This document shows, one piece after another, positions 46,071 to 56,183 of a stretch of DNA of 64,000 nt. Where the stretch lies: contig JAQUFB010000001.1 of assembly GCA_028684885.1 (NCBI GenBank), positions 14,554 to 78,553 on the forward strand, read 5' to 3'. Below the pieces are notes generated by a model. That model saw only the letters and a list, made by a program, of their open reading frames with translations, searched no databases and had not been told where the DNA came from. Numbering within the stretch: the stretch's first letter is position 1; each line of letters starts with the position of its first letter. The DNA is from Sulfurovum sp. GTDB lineage: Bacteria; Campylobacterota; Campylobacteria; Campylobacterales; Sulfurovaceae. Made by a program: the position numbers and the translations under genes.

Positions 46071-47177
46071 TTACTGAAATTCTCCTTGTACGAAGTGGTC
46101 AAATATCTCTGTAACCAGCGCGATGCGATCACGGAAGCTTTTCTTGGAGGCACGTTCGCGCACGGTATGGTCTCCGTCGCCGAAGGGTCCCCATCCGTCA
46201 ATCGTTGGTACCCCCTGGGAAGAGATGATGTTTGCATCACTGACACCTCCCCGTTTTTCTGTGGGGAGCGCTGTATGGCAGAGGGTATTGATCTGTTCTA
46301 TAAAGCGCTGCTGCCCGGGTGAAGGCTGCATCACATCCCTTTGGATACCCCCTGAAAGCGTCGCTGTGGTACCTGTGACTGTAGACTCCATGACGATACG
46401 GTTGATCCCTGCAAGGACCCTGTCCCTCTCTTCTGTGGTGGTATACCGCAGTTCCAAAGTGAGTCTGGCATGCGGCGAGATGGTGTTGGCACCTATCCCC
46501 CCTTCGATCTTTCCTACATTGACGGTCGTCTCTTTGTCCAGATCGGTCAAGGCGACAAGGCGGCCCAGCTTCTCTGCCGCTTCAAGGTTCGCATCGGCAC
46601 CGTCTCTGTAATGGTTCCCCGCATGGGCGGCGATCCCTTCGATATCGACAAAGAAGGTCCCCACCCCCTTGCGTCCGATCACCACTTCATCATTGGATCC
46701 CGCCGCTTCAAAGACCATACAGTAGTCATACGCCCCTGCAAGTTCGGAGGAGAGGTGTTTGCTGTCATCACTCCCCGTTTCCTCATCGCTGACCAGCAGC
46801 AGATCGATATTGCGGAGAGTCCCGAATTTTTCGCGGATATTGCGGAGCGCCTGAAGTGCGACATAGTTGCCGCCCTTCATATCGCATACGCCCGGTCCGT
46901 AGATCCATGCCTTATCCTCCCGGAATCCCTCAAAGGTACCCGGGGGAAAAACCGTATCGAGGTGGCCCAGAAGCAGCAGCCTCTTTCCCTCTGTGGAAGG
47001 AACGGTGAAATGGAGGTGGTCTCCTATCTCCTCTCTGCGGTAACGGGTAAGCGTATATCCGATCGCTTCCATCCATGAAGCAAACAGTTCACCGTTTTTA
47101 TCGACCCCTTCTTTGTTTCTGGTCCATGAGTTGATCTCTATGATCTGTTTGAGTTCGTCAAAGTTTGGTTGGCCCAT
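46071..47177 (-). CDS. M20 metallopeptidase (glutamate carboxypeptidase G2-like)
   Basis: LGHLDTVF, GPGVCDMKGG, SDEETGS, AHAG, GGVSDAN, DH; start MGQPNF. Confidence 0.88.
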   Translation of the reverse strand: MGQPNFDELKQIIEINSWTRNKEGVDKNGELFASWMEAIGYTLTRYRREEIGDHLHFTVPSTEGKRLLLLGHLDTVFPPGTFEGFREDKAWIYGPGVCDMKGGNYVALQALRNIREKFGTLRNIDLLLVSDEETGSDDSKHLSSELAGAYDYCMVFEAAGSNDEVVIGRKGVGTFFVDIEGIAAHAGNHYRDGADANLEAAEKLGRLVALTDLDKETTVNVGKIEGGIGANTISPHARLTLELRYTTTEERDRVLAGINRIVMESTVTGTTATLSGGIQRDVMQPSPGQQRFIEQINTLCHTALPTEKRGGVSDANIISSQGVPTIDGWGPFGDGDHTVRERASKKSFRDRIALVTEIFDHFVQGEFQ

Positions 47178-47237
47178 TGTTGCTCCATGTATGGTCATGA
47201 TTGTGTTGCATTTTGCTGCAGATGTTTTAATCAAAAA

Positions 47238-47277
47238 CGGTAATAAATCGGTTACATAACGGTAATCACCCTGTTAC
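47238..47277. promoter_or_regulatory. Four heptamers with 11-bp periodicity in the divergent promoter
   Basis: CGGTAAT 47238, CGGTTAC 47249, CGGTAAT 47260, CTGTTAC 47271. Confidence 0.55.
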
Positions 47278-47340
47278 CTTTTTTCGGAAATTTTTTTAGT
47301 AAGAGAGTGTACAATTTGGCATTCATCGAGGAGGGTAAAA

Positions 47341-48246
47341 ATGGGTCGTAAAATAGGTATGTGGCTCTACAGCAACAGCGGCGGTGATGTCATACAAAAA
47401 AAGATCGTAAAAAAGCTCAAAGAGAGGGATATTCAAACGGTGACGGATATCAATCTGCGGCATGCGATCGCAAAGAACGGGCATATCCTTTATAAGGATC
47501 TCAAGGTAGATGAACTGGATCTTTTCTTCTCTTACAATGCCGGCGAACAGACACAGTATCAGGTTTTTTTATATCAGGCGCTCAACCGTGTCATACCGAT
47601 GATCAACACCTATGAGGCATTTGCCTTGACGGAGGATAAGTTCCAGACCTCATTTATGCTCAGACAACACGGGATAGCAACACCGAGTTTCAAGCTTTGC
47701 CACCGGGATGATACCCATCAGCTGAAAAAGATCATCAAAAAATGGAACAAAATGGTTTATAAGCCTACGGACGGGTGGGGCGGTGTAGGACTGACCAAGA
47801 TCGAAAACGAAGCAACGCTGGATATGCTGCTGCCGTTTATGAACCAGATGGATCTCTATTTCTTCTATGTTGAGAAGTTTGTCAAGTATGACAATACCGA
47901 CTTTCGTGTGGATATTGTGGACGGGAAGTTCGTCGGATGCTACGGGCGCAAAGCGCACAAGAGGGACTGGCGTACCAATGTCACCAGCGGAGGTTCGGTC
48001 TTCTTGAGGGAACCCAACGATGAAGTAGTGGCGCTTGCAACCAAAGCGGCGCAAATCTGCGGTGCGGATATCGCAGGGGTGGATATCATCTATGATCAGG
48101 AGAAAGAGGAGTATGTGGTCCTTGAGGTGAACGGCATCCCCGCGTTTGCAACACCCGAACAGGAGAAGATGGGGCTGGACTTCAACGAGAAGAAGATCGA
48201 CCTGCTTGTAGACCTGATAGACAGAAGGACAGCAGCCAGACAGTAA
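47341..48246 (+). CDS. RimK/LysX-like ATP-grasp ligase
   Basis: EDKFQT, KPTDGWGG.G, DFRV, WRTNVTSGG, GVDII, LEVNGIP. Confidence 0.88.
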   Translation: MGRKIGMWLYSNSGGDVIQKKIVKKLKERDIQTVTDINLRHAIAKNGHILYKDLKVDELDLFFSYNAGEQTQYQVFLYQALNRVIPMINTYEAFALTEDKFQTSFMLRQHGIATPSFKLCHRDDTHQLKKIIKKWNKMVYKPTDGWGGVGLTKIENEATLDMLLPFMNQMDLYFFYVEKFVKYDNTDFRVDIVDGKFVGCYGRKAHKRDWRTNVTSGGSVFLREPNDEVVALATKAAQICGADIAGVDIIYDQEKEEYVVLEVNGIPAFATPEQEKMGLDFNEKKIDLLVDLIDRRTAARQ

Positions 48247-48311
48247 CCGCCTGCCGAGGGCAATATGTTTGAATCAATCATTGTAAAAACGCTAAAGGAA
48301 AGGGATAGTAT

Positions 48312-49748
48312 ATGGCAGAAAAGAAAATGAAGGAAAAAAAATTACCGAAACTTGGATTTCTCTACCTTGATCATGTATTGAGATTTTTTGACCACTCAAA
48401 TTTCAGGGGATGGCCCGACAAGATAGAGCGCGTGGTCTATCACTGGAAAAACGACAAGGCGCGTTTTATCAGAGAGGTAAAACGTAAAAAGATCGATGTA
48501 CTGATCGGCAATATCCCCGCGACCGCCTACGAGACCTTCAGGGAGATCGCCAGAGAACTGCCGGATGTGCAGTTTGTGCCTTCGCTGGATACACAGTTTG
48601 CCAACAAGTCCAAGGAGAATGTGACGCGTTTTGCGTGGAAGTATGATATCCCTGTGCCAAAGACCTATATCTTTTATGACAAGGCCAAAGCGGCAGCGTT
48701 TATCGAAGACACAAGCTATCCGAAGATCATCAAAAAAAGTTACGGTCCCTCCAATTACGGGGGATATTTTGTACACAAGGTAGAGAGCAGAGAGGAGGCA
48801 AAAGCACTCTTTGCGCAGAAGAAGTACTATCCTCAGTATCTGCAGGACTTTATCCCGATGGCAGCCGATGTCCGAGTGATGCTTATCGGACACAAACCGG
48901 TATGTGCATTCTGGAGAAGACCGCCAGAAGGTGCCTGGCTGACCAATACGAGCCAGGGCGGTACCATGGACTATATGGATGTTCCCAAAGAGCTCCTTGA
49001 TCTGGCGGTCAAAGTATCCAAAGCAGCCAATGCAGAGTACTGGGCATGCGATGTCGCCGTGGGGGAAGACGGCAAATACCGGATACTCGAATGCGCTACG
49101 GCATTTGCGGCCTTTCCCTATATCCGTGACTGGATCGGGCAGTACCTGATGTGGAAGTTTTCCGAAGGAAGGTTCCCCCTGCCGAATATCCCGCTCTTTA
49201 ACTGGGAAGAGCTCGGCAAGATGGACAGCTCCGTACTCCGAACCCTGCGCCATATCACCTTTGGCCGTTACACACCGAGTTATGACGGCGCCTATTTTCT
49301 TGACAGGAAGGTGAAGAAGAGAGAAGAGGGAGAGATATTCCTGCATGAACTCGACTCGCTTTACCCGATGCTTTCTACAGAAGAGAGAGATTACGAAGAG
49401 TGGCCGAGCGAAACGTGGAACTTTCAGGACAACTACGGCAAAGCTGTGAAGCAGACAGAAACAAAGGAATCTCCTGAACCTTTTGACAAAGAGGGTTCGG
49501 ATGAGAGTGGGGAGTCCGAAGCGTCCGTGCCGCTCATCGAAAAAGAGGAGATAAAAAAAGTGTTGATGTCGGTAAAGGGGATCGGCAGGAAAAAGGCGGA
49601 AAAGATCCTGGAGAAGTATGATGCGCCTGAGCTGGTCGAACTGCTTGAAAATGCTCCAAAGATGCTCAAAAAAGAGTTCGTATGGTTCAAGAAGAAGATG
49701 CTTAGAGAACTCAACGAGGTATGGAGTTTATTTAAAAACAGGCTCTAG
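48312..49748 (+). CDS. Divergent ATP-grasp ligase with acidic linker and C-terminal helix-hairpin-helix
   Basis: YPKIIK, QDFIP, DVRV, WLTNTSQGG, CDV, ILEC; VKGIGRKKAEKI. Confidence 0.78.
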   Translation: MAEKKMKEKKLPKLGFLYLDHVLRFFDHSNFRGWPDKIERVVYHWKNDKARFIREVKRKKIDVLIGNIPATAYETFREIARELPDVQFVPSLDTQFANKSKENVTRFAWKYDIPVPKTYIFYDKAKAAAFIEDTSYPKIIKKSYGPSNYGGYFVHKVESREEAKALFAQKKYYPQYLQDFIPMAADVRVMLIGHKPVCAFWRRPPEGAWLTNTSQGGTMDYMDVPKELLDLAVKVSKAANAEYWACDVAVGEDGKYRILECATAFAAFPYIRDWIGQYLMWKFSEGRFPLPNIPLFNWEELGKMDSSVLRTLRHITFGRYTPSYDGAYFLDRKVKKREEGEIFLHELDSLYPMLSTEERDYEEWPSETWNFQDNYGKAVKQTETKESPEPFDKEGSDESGESEASVPLIEKEEIKKVLMSVKGIGRKKAEKILEKYDAPELVELLENAPKMLKKEFVWFKKKMLRELNEVWSLFKNRL

Positions 49749-49828
49749 GCGTAAGAGACTTTTTTTACAGGGAGGGTCGCTGGAAGTGATCCTTGACCTA
49801 TATCACTTCAACGAATCAAAGGGAGCAG

Positions 49829-52405
49829 ATGAAACGACAGTACAGGTCCTATAGGGAGAGTCTGGAGTATCTTTACAGTATGGAAAAAGCCTATCCGGAT
49901 CTTTTGAAGGTGGTCAAAATAGGTACGACATATGAAGGGCGGGATATCGTCCTGGTGAAGATCAGCCATGAGGTGGAAAAAGCGGATAGGAAGCCTGCAA
50001 TGCTCTATACAGGAACTGTCCATGCACGCGAGTGGGTCGGTAATGAACTGGCGCTTAAGCTGATCGAAGATATTGCGCAGAACCGGTTCATTGATCCCAC
50101 ACTTGAAAAAAACCTTCACAATGCGACCATCTACATGGTTCCCTGCCTCAACCCGGACGGGTATGAGTATTCCCGTACCCATTTCTCTTTCTGGCGCAAG
50201 AACAGGCGTGTGAACCATGACGGGACGGTCGGTGTCGATCTCAACCGCAACTTCTCCGTAGGGTTTACCAGGCAGAACAATACAGGCTCGAATGTCTATG
50301 GAGGGGAGTACCCCTTCAGCGAGGCCGAGACCAAAGCGATCAAAGCCTTTGTCGATGCACATGACAACATCACGCTCGCGTTTGACTACCATTCGCAGGG
50401 CAATGTCTTTTTCCCCGCACACAGGTTTATGCACGAATCGGAGATAGACGGTACCGACATGAATGCACTCTGTGCCAATATGAATGAAGAGATATACAAG
50501 ACTACCGGACGCAAATACGGCATACACAGGGGAAAACCGCCTGCAGCACTGATCAGCGGAAGCGGACGCGAATACTACTACTCCAGGGGGATTCTGGCAA
50601 TCGTCGTTGAGGTGGGTACCAAAAATATCCCTGACTATCTCAAGGTGATGAGTGGTTCGATCAACGAAAATATCCATGCGCTCAAGATGGCATTTTGCGA
50701 AGTGGTCAACTACTCAAGCGATGCACCCAAAAGAGTCGACGGGTTTACGCTGGAGCAGAGAGATGCAACTTCGGTCACACTGGTGTGGAAGTATGAAAAG
50801 CGGGAGGATATCTTTTTTGAGATCTATCGGAGCAGCAGGGACAAGGATGCATGCAATGCGCGTACCCGGGTTGGCATCGCGGGGGAGCACAGATTTGTCG
50901 ACACCGATCTTTCCAGCTCCACAAACTATCACTATACGATCAGGGCGGTAAACCGGCATACCGGTTACAAGTCGCCGTTTGCCCCGGTAGTGAAGGTACG
51001 TACATGGCTGGAGGATGATGAGTTCTTTAAAATTCTCTTTGCTTCCAAAAACGGTACGGGGTATGTGGGGGAGTATACCCAGGAGCAGAACCGTTCGCAC
51101 TTTGGTCTCAACTCGCTTTTTGCGGGAGTCAACAGGTCAAAGGGGGTATGTGACGCAGTGATCAGTTTTGAGCTTGATGTACTGCCGAAACATGCCATCA
51201 TCAAATCGGCACGTTTTTATCTCTATCCGATGAACCGTGTGGCGGCGAAAATCGAAAAGTATGGAGAGTGGAACCTTTCGCTTCTCAAACCTGACAGTTT
51301 CAGCGAGATCAGCGATTTTCATGAGATAGAGAGTGCCAGAGCCAAAGGGGTGATAGGCGAAGCGATCAAGTCCCAGAATCTCACCCAGGGGATATGGAAC
51401 TTCTGGGAATTCAGCTCGCATGAGTGTGAGTTGCTTAAAGAGGAGATTGCCAATGGTCAGGCAGTATTCCGTGTAGATGGTCCCAAAGAGCTCCCGGATG
51501 GTGAGGATTCTCAGATGATGCAGTTTGATATAGGCTACGGGACATTCGGCGGGGGGATACACTATCGTCCGGTACTTGATATCAAATATACGGTCGAACC
51601 CGAGAAGATTAGACTTCCGGCCAAGAGGCTGAATACCATCTCCAAATACCGTATCAGTGAGGGGCTCAGGAGCGGTTATGATGCAGCCGGGGAAAAAGTC
51701 TACGGCTATATGGATTTTGATCTTTCGCAACTGCCCGATCATGAAACCACGATCATTACCCAATGTGCATTGCGCATTCACAACACGAACAGCTTTAAAA
51801 ACAAGTCGGATATCCGCTATTATGTTGAGCTGGTCGAACTTGACGAAGTGGGGGAGTATAATGATATAAAAAATCGTGACAAGATCGAGTATCTCGGCTA
51901 TGAAGTGGCAGAGTCCGACCTCGACACCAAAGAGTGCCAATATTTCAATTTTGATACATTCTCGAGAAAAATCCTTGACCAGATGCATCAGGAAGGAAAA
52001 CGACTCAAGCTTGTGATCAAGCCGACTTCCCCTGCCGGGGTGAAAGAGCGGATCGTAGAGTGGGGTTCCGATGCCGAGTTGGTGATCAAATATATCCATA
52101 AACGCCGTCATCCTGTGGCCAAGGTGGAGAATCTCCGTATCACCAAAGAGAATAGAATGATCAAGTTGAGCTGGGATCACATTGATGATCCTGCACTCAA
52201 GGGCTATTATGTCGTCCGTAACAGTTTCCATCCTCCGAAACACTTTAATGACGGGGTAAAGCTCTATGGAGGGAGGGATACCTATACCTATGACAACTTT
52301 GCTTCGTTGGAGAAAGAGAAGTACTATTCGGTCTTTACCTATGACGATGTTCCGAACTTTTCTGAAGCGGTGACAGTGAAGTATAATCCGCTCGAAAAAT
52401 ATTGA
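49829..52405 (+). CDS. M14 zinc carboxypeptidase with FN3-like and beta-rich C-terminal domains
   Basis: HAREW, NPDG, RKN, VDLNRN, DYHS, VEV; FN3 pattern VTLVW...YHYTIRAVN. Confidence 0.88.
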   Translation: MKRQYRSYRESLEYLYSMEKAYPDLLKVVKIGTTYEGRDIVLVKISHEVEKADRKPAMLYTGTVHAREWVGNELALKLIEDIAQNRFIDPTLEKNLHNATIYMVPCLNPDGYEYSRTHFSFWRKNRRVNHDGTVGVDLNRNFSVGFTRQNNTGSNVYGGEYPFSEAETKAIKAFVDAHDNITLAFDYHSQGNVFFPAHRFMHESEIDGTDMNALCANMNEEIYKTTGRKYGIHRGKPPAALISGSGREYYYSRGILAIVVEVGTKNIPDYLKVMSGSINENIHALKMAFCEVVNYSSDAPKRVDGFTLEQRDATSVTLVWKYEKREDIFFEIYRSSRDKDACNARTRVGIAGEHRFVDTDLSSSTNYHYTIRAVNRHTGYKSPFAPVVKVRTWLEDDEFFKILFASKNGTGYVGEYTQEQNRSHFGLNSLFAGVNRSKGVCDAVISFELDVLPKHAIIKSARFYLYPMNRVAAKIEKYGEWNLSLLKPDSFSEISDFHEIESARAKGVIGEAIKSQNLTQGIWNFWEFSSHECELLKEEIANGQAVFRVDGPKELPDGEDSQMMQFDIGYGTFGGGIHYRPVLDIKYTVEPEKIRLPAKRLNTISKYRISEGLRSGYDAAGEKVYGYMDFDLSQLPDHETTIITQCALRIHNTNSFKNKSDIRYYVELVELDEVGEYNDIKNRDKIEYLGYEVAESDLDTKECQYFNFDTFSRKILDQMHQEGKRLKLVIKPTSPAGVKERIVEWGSDAELVIKYIHKRRHPVAKVENLRITKENRMIKLSWDHIDDPALKGYYVVRNSFHPPKHFNDGVKLYGGRDTYTYDNFASLEKEKYYSVFTYDDVPNFSEAVTVKYNPLEKY

Positions 52406-52494
52406 AATCACACTTGAAGCAGGTTAGTCTATCCCCTATTTTTTTGATTTCTTTACCAAAGAGTGTATACTTTCAAAAAAATGCAGGATTTGAA

Positions 52495-52956
52495 GTGAAG
52501 ATCAACGTGATTATTGTAGACAAGAAAGGGAAAGAGCTTCTCTATGCCCCGCTTATCGAGCACTACAGGAAGATCGCCAAGCCTTTTGCACAGGTAGAAG
52601 TGATAGAGGTGTTTGACAAAGAGATCGCAAAAGCACACGATATTTCACCCCAAGCTGCCCAAAAATCATATACCAGGGCACTGGAGAGATATCTGGGCAG
52701 TGGGTATAATGTCGCACTTGATCCGTCCAGCAAAGAGGTGGACAGCCATGATTTTGCCAAATTGCTTAAGGATAAGACCCAGGTCAATCTCTACATTGGC
52801 GGTGCATACGGCTTTGAGAGAGGTTTTTTAAATAAATGTAATAAAGCAATATCATTTGGTAAAATTACGCTTTCACACAAATTAGTGAAAGTGGTGTTGC
52901 TTGAGCAGATATTTAGAGGATTGGCGATCAATCATAACCACCCATATCATAAATAG
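52495..52956 (+). CDS. rlmH: 23S rRNA m3Psi1915 methyltransferase
   Basis: IGGAYG, ISFGKITLSH, EQIFRG, HPYHK; GTG start. Confidence 0.93.
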   Translation: MKINVIIVDKKGKELLYAPLIEHYRKIAKPFAQVEVIEVFDKEIAKAHDISPQAAQKSYTRALERYLGSGYNVALDPSSKEVDSHDFAKLLKDKTQVNLYIGGAYGFERGFLNKCNKAISFGKITLSHKLVKVVLLEQIFRGLAINHNHPYHK

Positions 52957-52966
52957 GACGAGGAAG

Positions 52967-53329
52967 ATGTTAAAAAAGGAAGAACTTCAGGCTTTCAATG
53001 AGAAGCTGGCAGTGAGAAAAAAGCAGATCGAGAAAAACCTTGCAGGTACAGAACTTGAGCTGGACGGGATGCGTGATCTTGAACTGAATGACGAGGGGGA
53101 TTTCGCGGCGGCATCTGCTGAAACCGTAGTTGACAGTGCTATTTTGACACAACAGCGCAAAGAATTAGCGGAAATTGAACTTGCTTTGGATAAAATAAAA
53201 AAAGGTACTTACGGTATCTGTGAGATGTGTGAAGAGCCTATAGGAAAAAAACGTTTGGAAGTGAAAAATTTTGCCCGTTTTTGTATCACGTGTCGGGAGA
53301 TAAACGAAAAAGGCCAAAGTAAGAAGTAG
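52967..53329 (+). CDS. dksA: RNA polymerase-binding protein DksA
   Basis: DEGDFA coiled-coil tip; YGICEMC...CITC zinc finger. Confidence 0.9.
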   Translation: MLKKEELQAFNEKLAVRKKQIEKNLAGTELELDGMRDLELNDEGDFAAASAETVVDSAILTQQRKELAEIELALDKIKKGTYGICEMCEEPIGKKRLEVKNFARFCITCREINEKGQSKK

Positions 53330-53341
53330 AAGGGGTAGAAG

Positions 53342-54385
53342 ATGAAGCTTGGTTTATATACATTTGCCACGATCGTACTGATGATGATAGTGGGGGCTTT
53401 GGCGTATACCGTCAATGCTGACCATTATGTTGTTGAAGTGATGGGAGTGAATTTGAATTTCCCTGTAGCAGCGTGGTTGGTGTTGCCTATGTTTATATTG
53501 TATCTATTTACATTTTTTCATATGCTGGTATATGGACTGAAAAATCATTTTACCCTTAACCGCTGGAAGAAAGATGCGCAGACTCTGGATGATGCACTTT
53601 ACTGGGCTTTGCTCAACGAGTCCAAAGAACAGAAGTATCTGGTAGAGGAGATAGGAAAGTCCGCAACTTTACTCTCCTGCAGCAATCTGCAAATGAAAGA
53701 TGGCATACCCGAGCTCAATCCCAGGCTGACAAAGATCACCGGCATCCTTAAAAAGATCCAAAGCGGCGAATATGTCGATCTCAAAGAGCATAAACTGGCA
53801 AAAGTTTTTAATGAAGGGAACCCCTATCTTATCCAGAACAGGCTCAACCGACTGGAGACAGATGCGAAGTTCGTTGAAGAGGTGATGAAGTCCTCTTCGG
53901 AGTTTACAGAGCCTGTACGGAAGAGAGCGCTTGAGATCTTTGCGGCAAAAGAGAACTTCTTTAAAGCAAGACAATATGCGAGGCTGTTTGACATCGAGAA
54001 TCTTCTGCTCATGCTCAAACGTGTAAACCAGGATGATGACATGGGTATCTCCCAGGAGATACTCAAAGATTTTATCGATCATGTCAATCCTACGTGCAGT
54101 GATTTCCTGCGTATCGCGGAGATCACAAAAAAACTCTTTACACCTGATGATAACCTGGCACTCTTTTTCAGCTATCAGACAAAAAACCCGAAGGCACAGT
54201 ATGCCTATCTCTATCTTCTCTTCGAGTATGAACTGATGGACGAGGTCGGAAAATATCTGGATGAACAGGAAGATTCCGAATTTATGCGCTTCAGGGCGCT
54301 CTACACGCTGAAAAAGTCCAATACCGGATATAAACTGGAGGATATCATCAATATCCATACGATCTGCAAAGAAGCAAAGTATTAA
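53342..54385 (+). CDS. Conserved hypothetical membrane protein
   Basis: Two N-terminal TM helices; within the rlmH-dksA-dusB run. Confidence 0.75.
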   Translation: MKLGLYTFATIVLMMIVGALAYTVNADHYVVEVMGVNLNFPVAAWLVLPMFILYLFTFFHMLVYGLKNHFTLNRWKKDAQTLDDALYWALLNESKEQKYLVEEIGKSATLLSCSNLQMKDGIPELNPRLTKITGILKKIQSGEYVDLKEHKLAKVFNEGNPYLIQNRLNRLETDAKFVEEVMKSSSEFTEPVRKRALEIFAAKENFFKARQYARLFDIENLLLMLKRVNQDDDMGISQEILKDFIDHVNPTCSDFLRIAEITKKLFTPDDNLALFFSYQTKNPKAQYAYLYLLFEYELMDEVGKYLDEQEDSEFMRFRALYTLKKSNTGYKLEDIINIHTICKEAKY

Positions 54386-54394
54386 AAGGAATCT

Positions 54395-55354
54395 ATGGCT
54401 ACAATTGATTTTGGTAAAACGCTTTACGCGCTAGCTCCTCTTGCAGGCTTTACCGACCTGCCTTTCCGCTCGGTTGTCAAGAAGTTCGGTGTTGATCTTA
54501 CCGTATCAGAGATGATCAGCTCCAACGCATTGGTCCACCAAAGCAAAAAAACCTACCGTATGGTCGAAAGATCCCCGCTTGAAGATCTCTACAGTATTCA
54601 GCTTGCCGGCTCTGACCAGGAAGTGATGCGCCAGGCGGTAGAGTATGTCAACACCCTGGAGAATGTCTCGGTGATCGACCTGAACTGCGGATGTCCCGCA
54701 CCCAAGATCGTCAATAACCTGCAAGGCTCTTCTCTGCTTACGGATCTAGCAAAAATGGGTGAGACGATACGTACGATCAAAAAGTACTCCAACAAGCCTT
54801 ATACTTCGGTAAAAATCCGTATCGGGTTCAATGAAAAGAACCCTGTAGAGATCGCCAAAATCTGCGAGGATAACGGAGCAGACTTTATCGCGGTACACGG
54901 GCGCACTCGCGCAGGCCGCTACAAGGCCCCTGTGGACTATGATGCGATCCGTGATATCAAAAAAGCGGTTTCGATCCCGGTGATCGCCAACGGGGATATC
55001 GATTCGCCGGAAAAAGCGAAACGCGTCCTTGAACATACAGGGGCTGACGGTATCATGATCGGCCGTGCGGCAGTGGGAAGGCCCTGGATATTCCATCAGA
55101 TCAAAGAGGGGATGGAAGAGGTCTCCCCGGCTCTGATCAAAGCGGTAGTACTGGAGCACTTTGATCAGATGATCGAGCACTACGGGTATTACGGAGCGGT
55201 CATGTTCCGCAAGCATCTGCATACCTACTCGAAAGCGGGGTTTCAGGGAGCTTCGGCATTCAGGGACCTTGTCAACCGTATAGAGGATCCCAAAGAGATG
55301 CGGGAGGTCGCAGAAGCGTTTTTCTCCCAGGACTATATCAGCCGCCCACACTGA
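54395..55354 (+). CDS. dusB: tRNA-dihydrouridine synthase
   Basis: LAPLAG.TD, SEM, LNCGCP, VHGRT, ANGDI, MIGR. Confidence 0.9.
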   Translation: MATIDFGKTLYALAPLAGFTDLPFRSVVKKFGVDLTVSEMISSNALVHQSKKTYRMVERSPLEDLYSIQLAGSDQEVMRQAVEYVNTLENVSVIDLNCGCPAPKIVNNLQGSSLLTDLAKMGETIRTIKKYSNKPYTSVKIRIGFNEKNPVEIAKICEDNGADFIAVHGRTRAGRYKAPVDYDAIRDIKKAVSIPVIANGDIDSPEKAKRVLEHTGADGIMIGRAAVGRPWIFHQIKEGMEEVSPALIKAVVLEHFDQMIEHYGYYGAVMFRKHLHTYSKAGFQGASAFRDLVNRIEDPKEMREVAEAFFSQDYISRPH

Positions 55355-55431
55355 TCACTTTTGTTGACAATCGGGCAGGGTGATCATAAAAGATGTTATA
55401 ATCCAGACAAAATTTACGGAGTAGGATAGAG

Positions 55432-56172
55432 ATGATGATGGAACTGATACCTGTAGGTATACTGGTCGGTGCAATGTCGGGATTTTTCGGCATAGGCGGG
55501 GGGACGATACTGGTACCGATTCTGCTGGCTATGGGATTTTCGACAAAAGATGCGATCGGTATTTCGATCATTCAGATGGTATTCAGTTCGATCTACGGTT
55601 CCTATCTTAACCATAAAAAAGGGTCCCTTATCGTAGAGGATGGGATACTGGTAGGCCTTGGCGGTTTTATCGGCGGTTTTATCGGCGGATATATTACACA
55701 GTACTTTGCAGACAGGGTCCTTGAATTCTTATTTCTCGGATTACTTTTTTTCGCACTCTTCAGGCTTTTTACCGCGAAGCATGTAGAAGAGGGTAGCCAG
55801 ACAAGAACGGTCAATAAGGCACTGCTCTTCTCTATTGGTGTAGTAATCGGTATCTTTGCGATTACATTGGGAGTAGGCGGATCGATCGTACTGACACCGA
55901 TACTGGTAGGTTTGTTGCACTATCCGATCAAAAAGGCAGTCAGTGCAGGACTCTTTTTTGTTGTCTTCTCCTCTGTAGCCGGCATGTCAAGCCGTCTGCT
56001 CACAGGGACGATAGATTTTGAGAATGGTCTGATTGTTGCGATTGCTTCATTGATCGGCGTATGGATCGGTATATGGCTCAAAGAGCATATCACATCGAAA
56101 AAACACAAAACAGCACTGTTGCTTATGTATGTCGTAGCAATTGTTATTCTGATTAATAAAATGTGGTTTTAA
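55432..56172 (+). CDS. TauE/SafE family sulfite exporter-like membrane protein
   Basis: GFFGIGGG and LGVGGS repeats. Confidence 0.88.
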   Translation: MMMELIPVGILVGAMSGFFGIGGGTILVPILLAMGFSTKDAIGISIIQMVFSSIYGSYLNHKKGSLIVEDGILVGLGGFIGGFIGGYITQYFADRVLEFLFLGLLFFALFRLFTAKHVEEGSQTRTVNKALLFSIGVVIGIFAITLGVGGSIVLTPILVGLLHYPIKKAVSAGLFFVVFSSVAGMSSRLLTGTIDFENGLIVAIASLIGVWIGIWLKEHITSKKHKTALLLMYVVAIVILINKMWF

Positions 56173-56183
56173 TAAGGTAAACA

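Noticed and set aside
51137-52411. Long antisense ORFs (424 aa here, also 36315-37340, 48396-49346, 49808-50677)
   Set aside because: Shadow frames opposite well-supported genes, with no motifs
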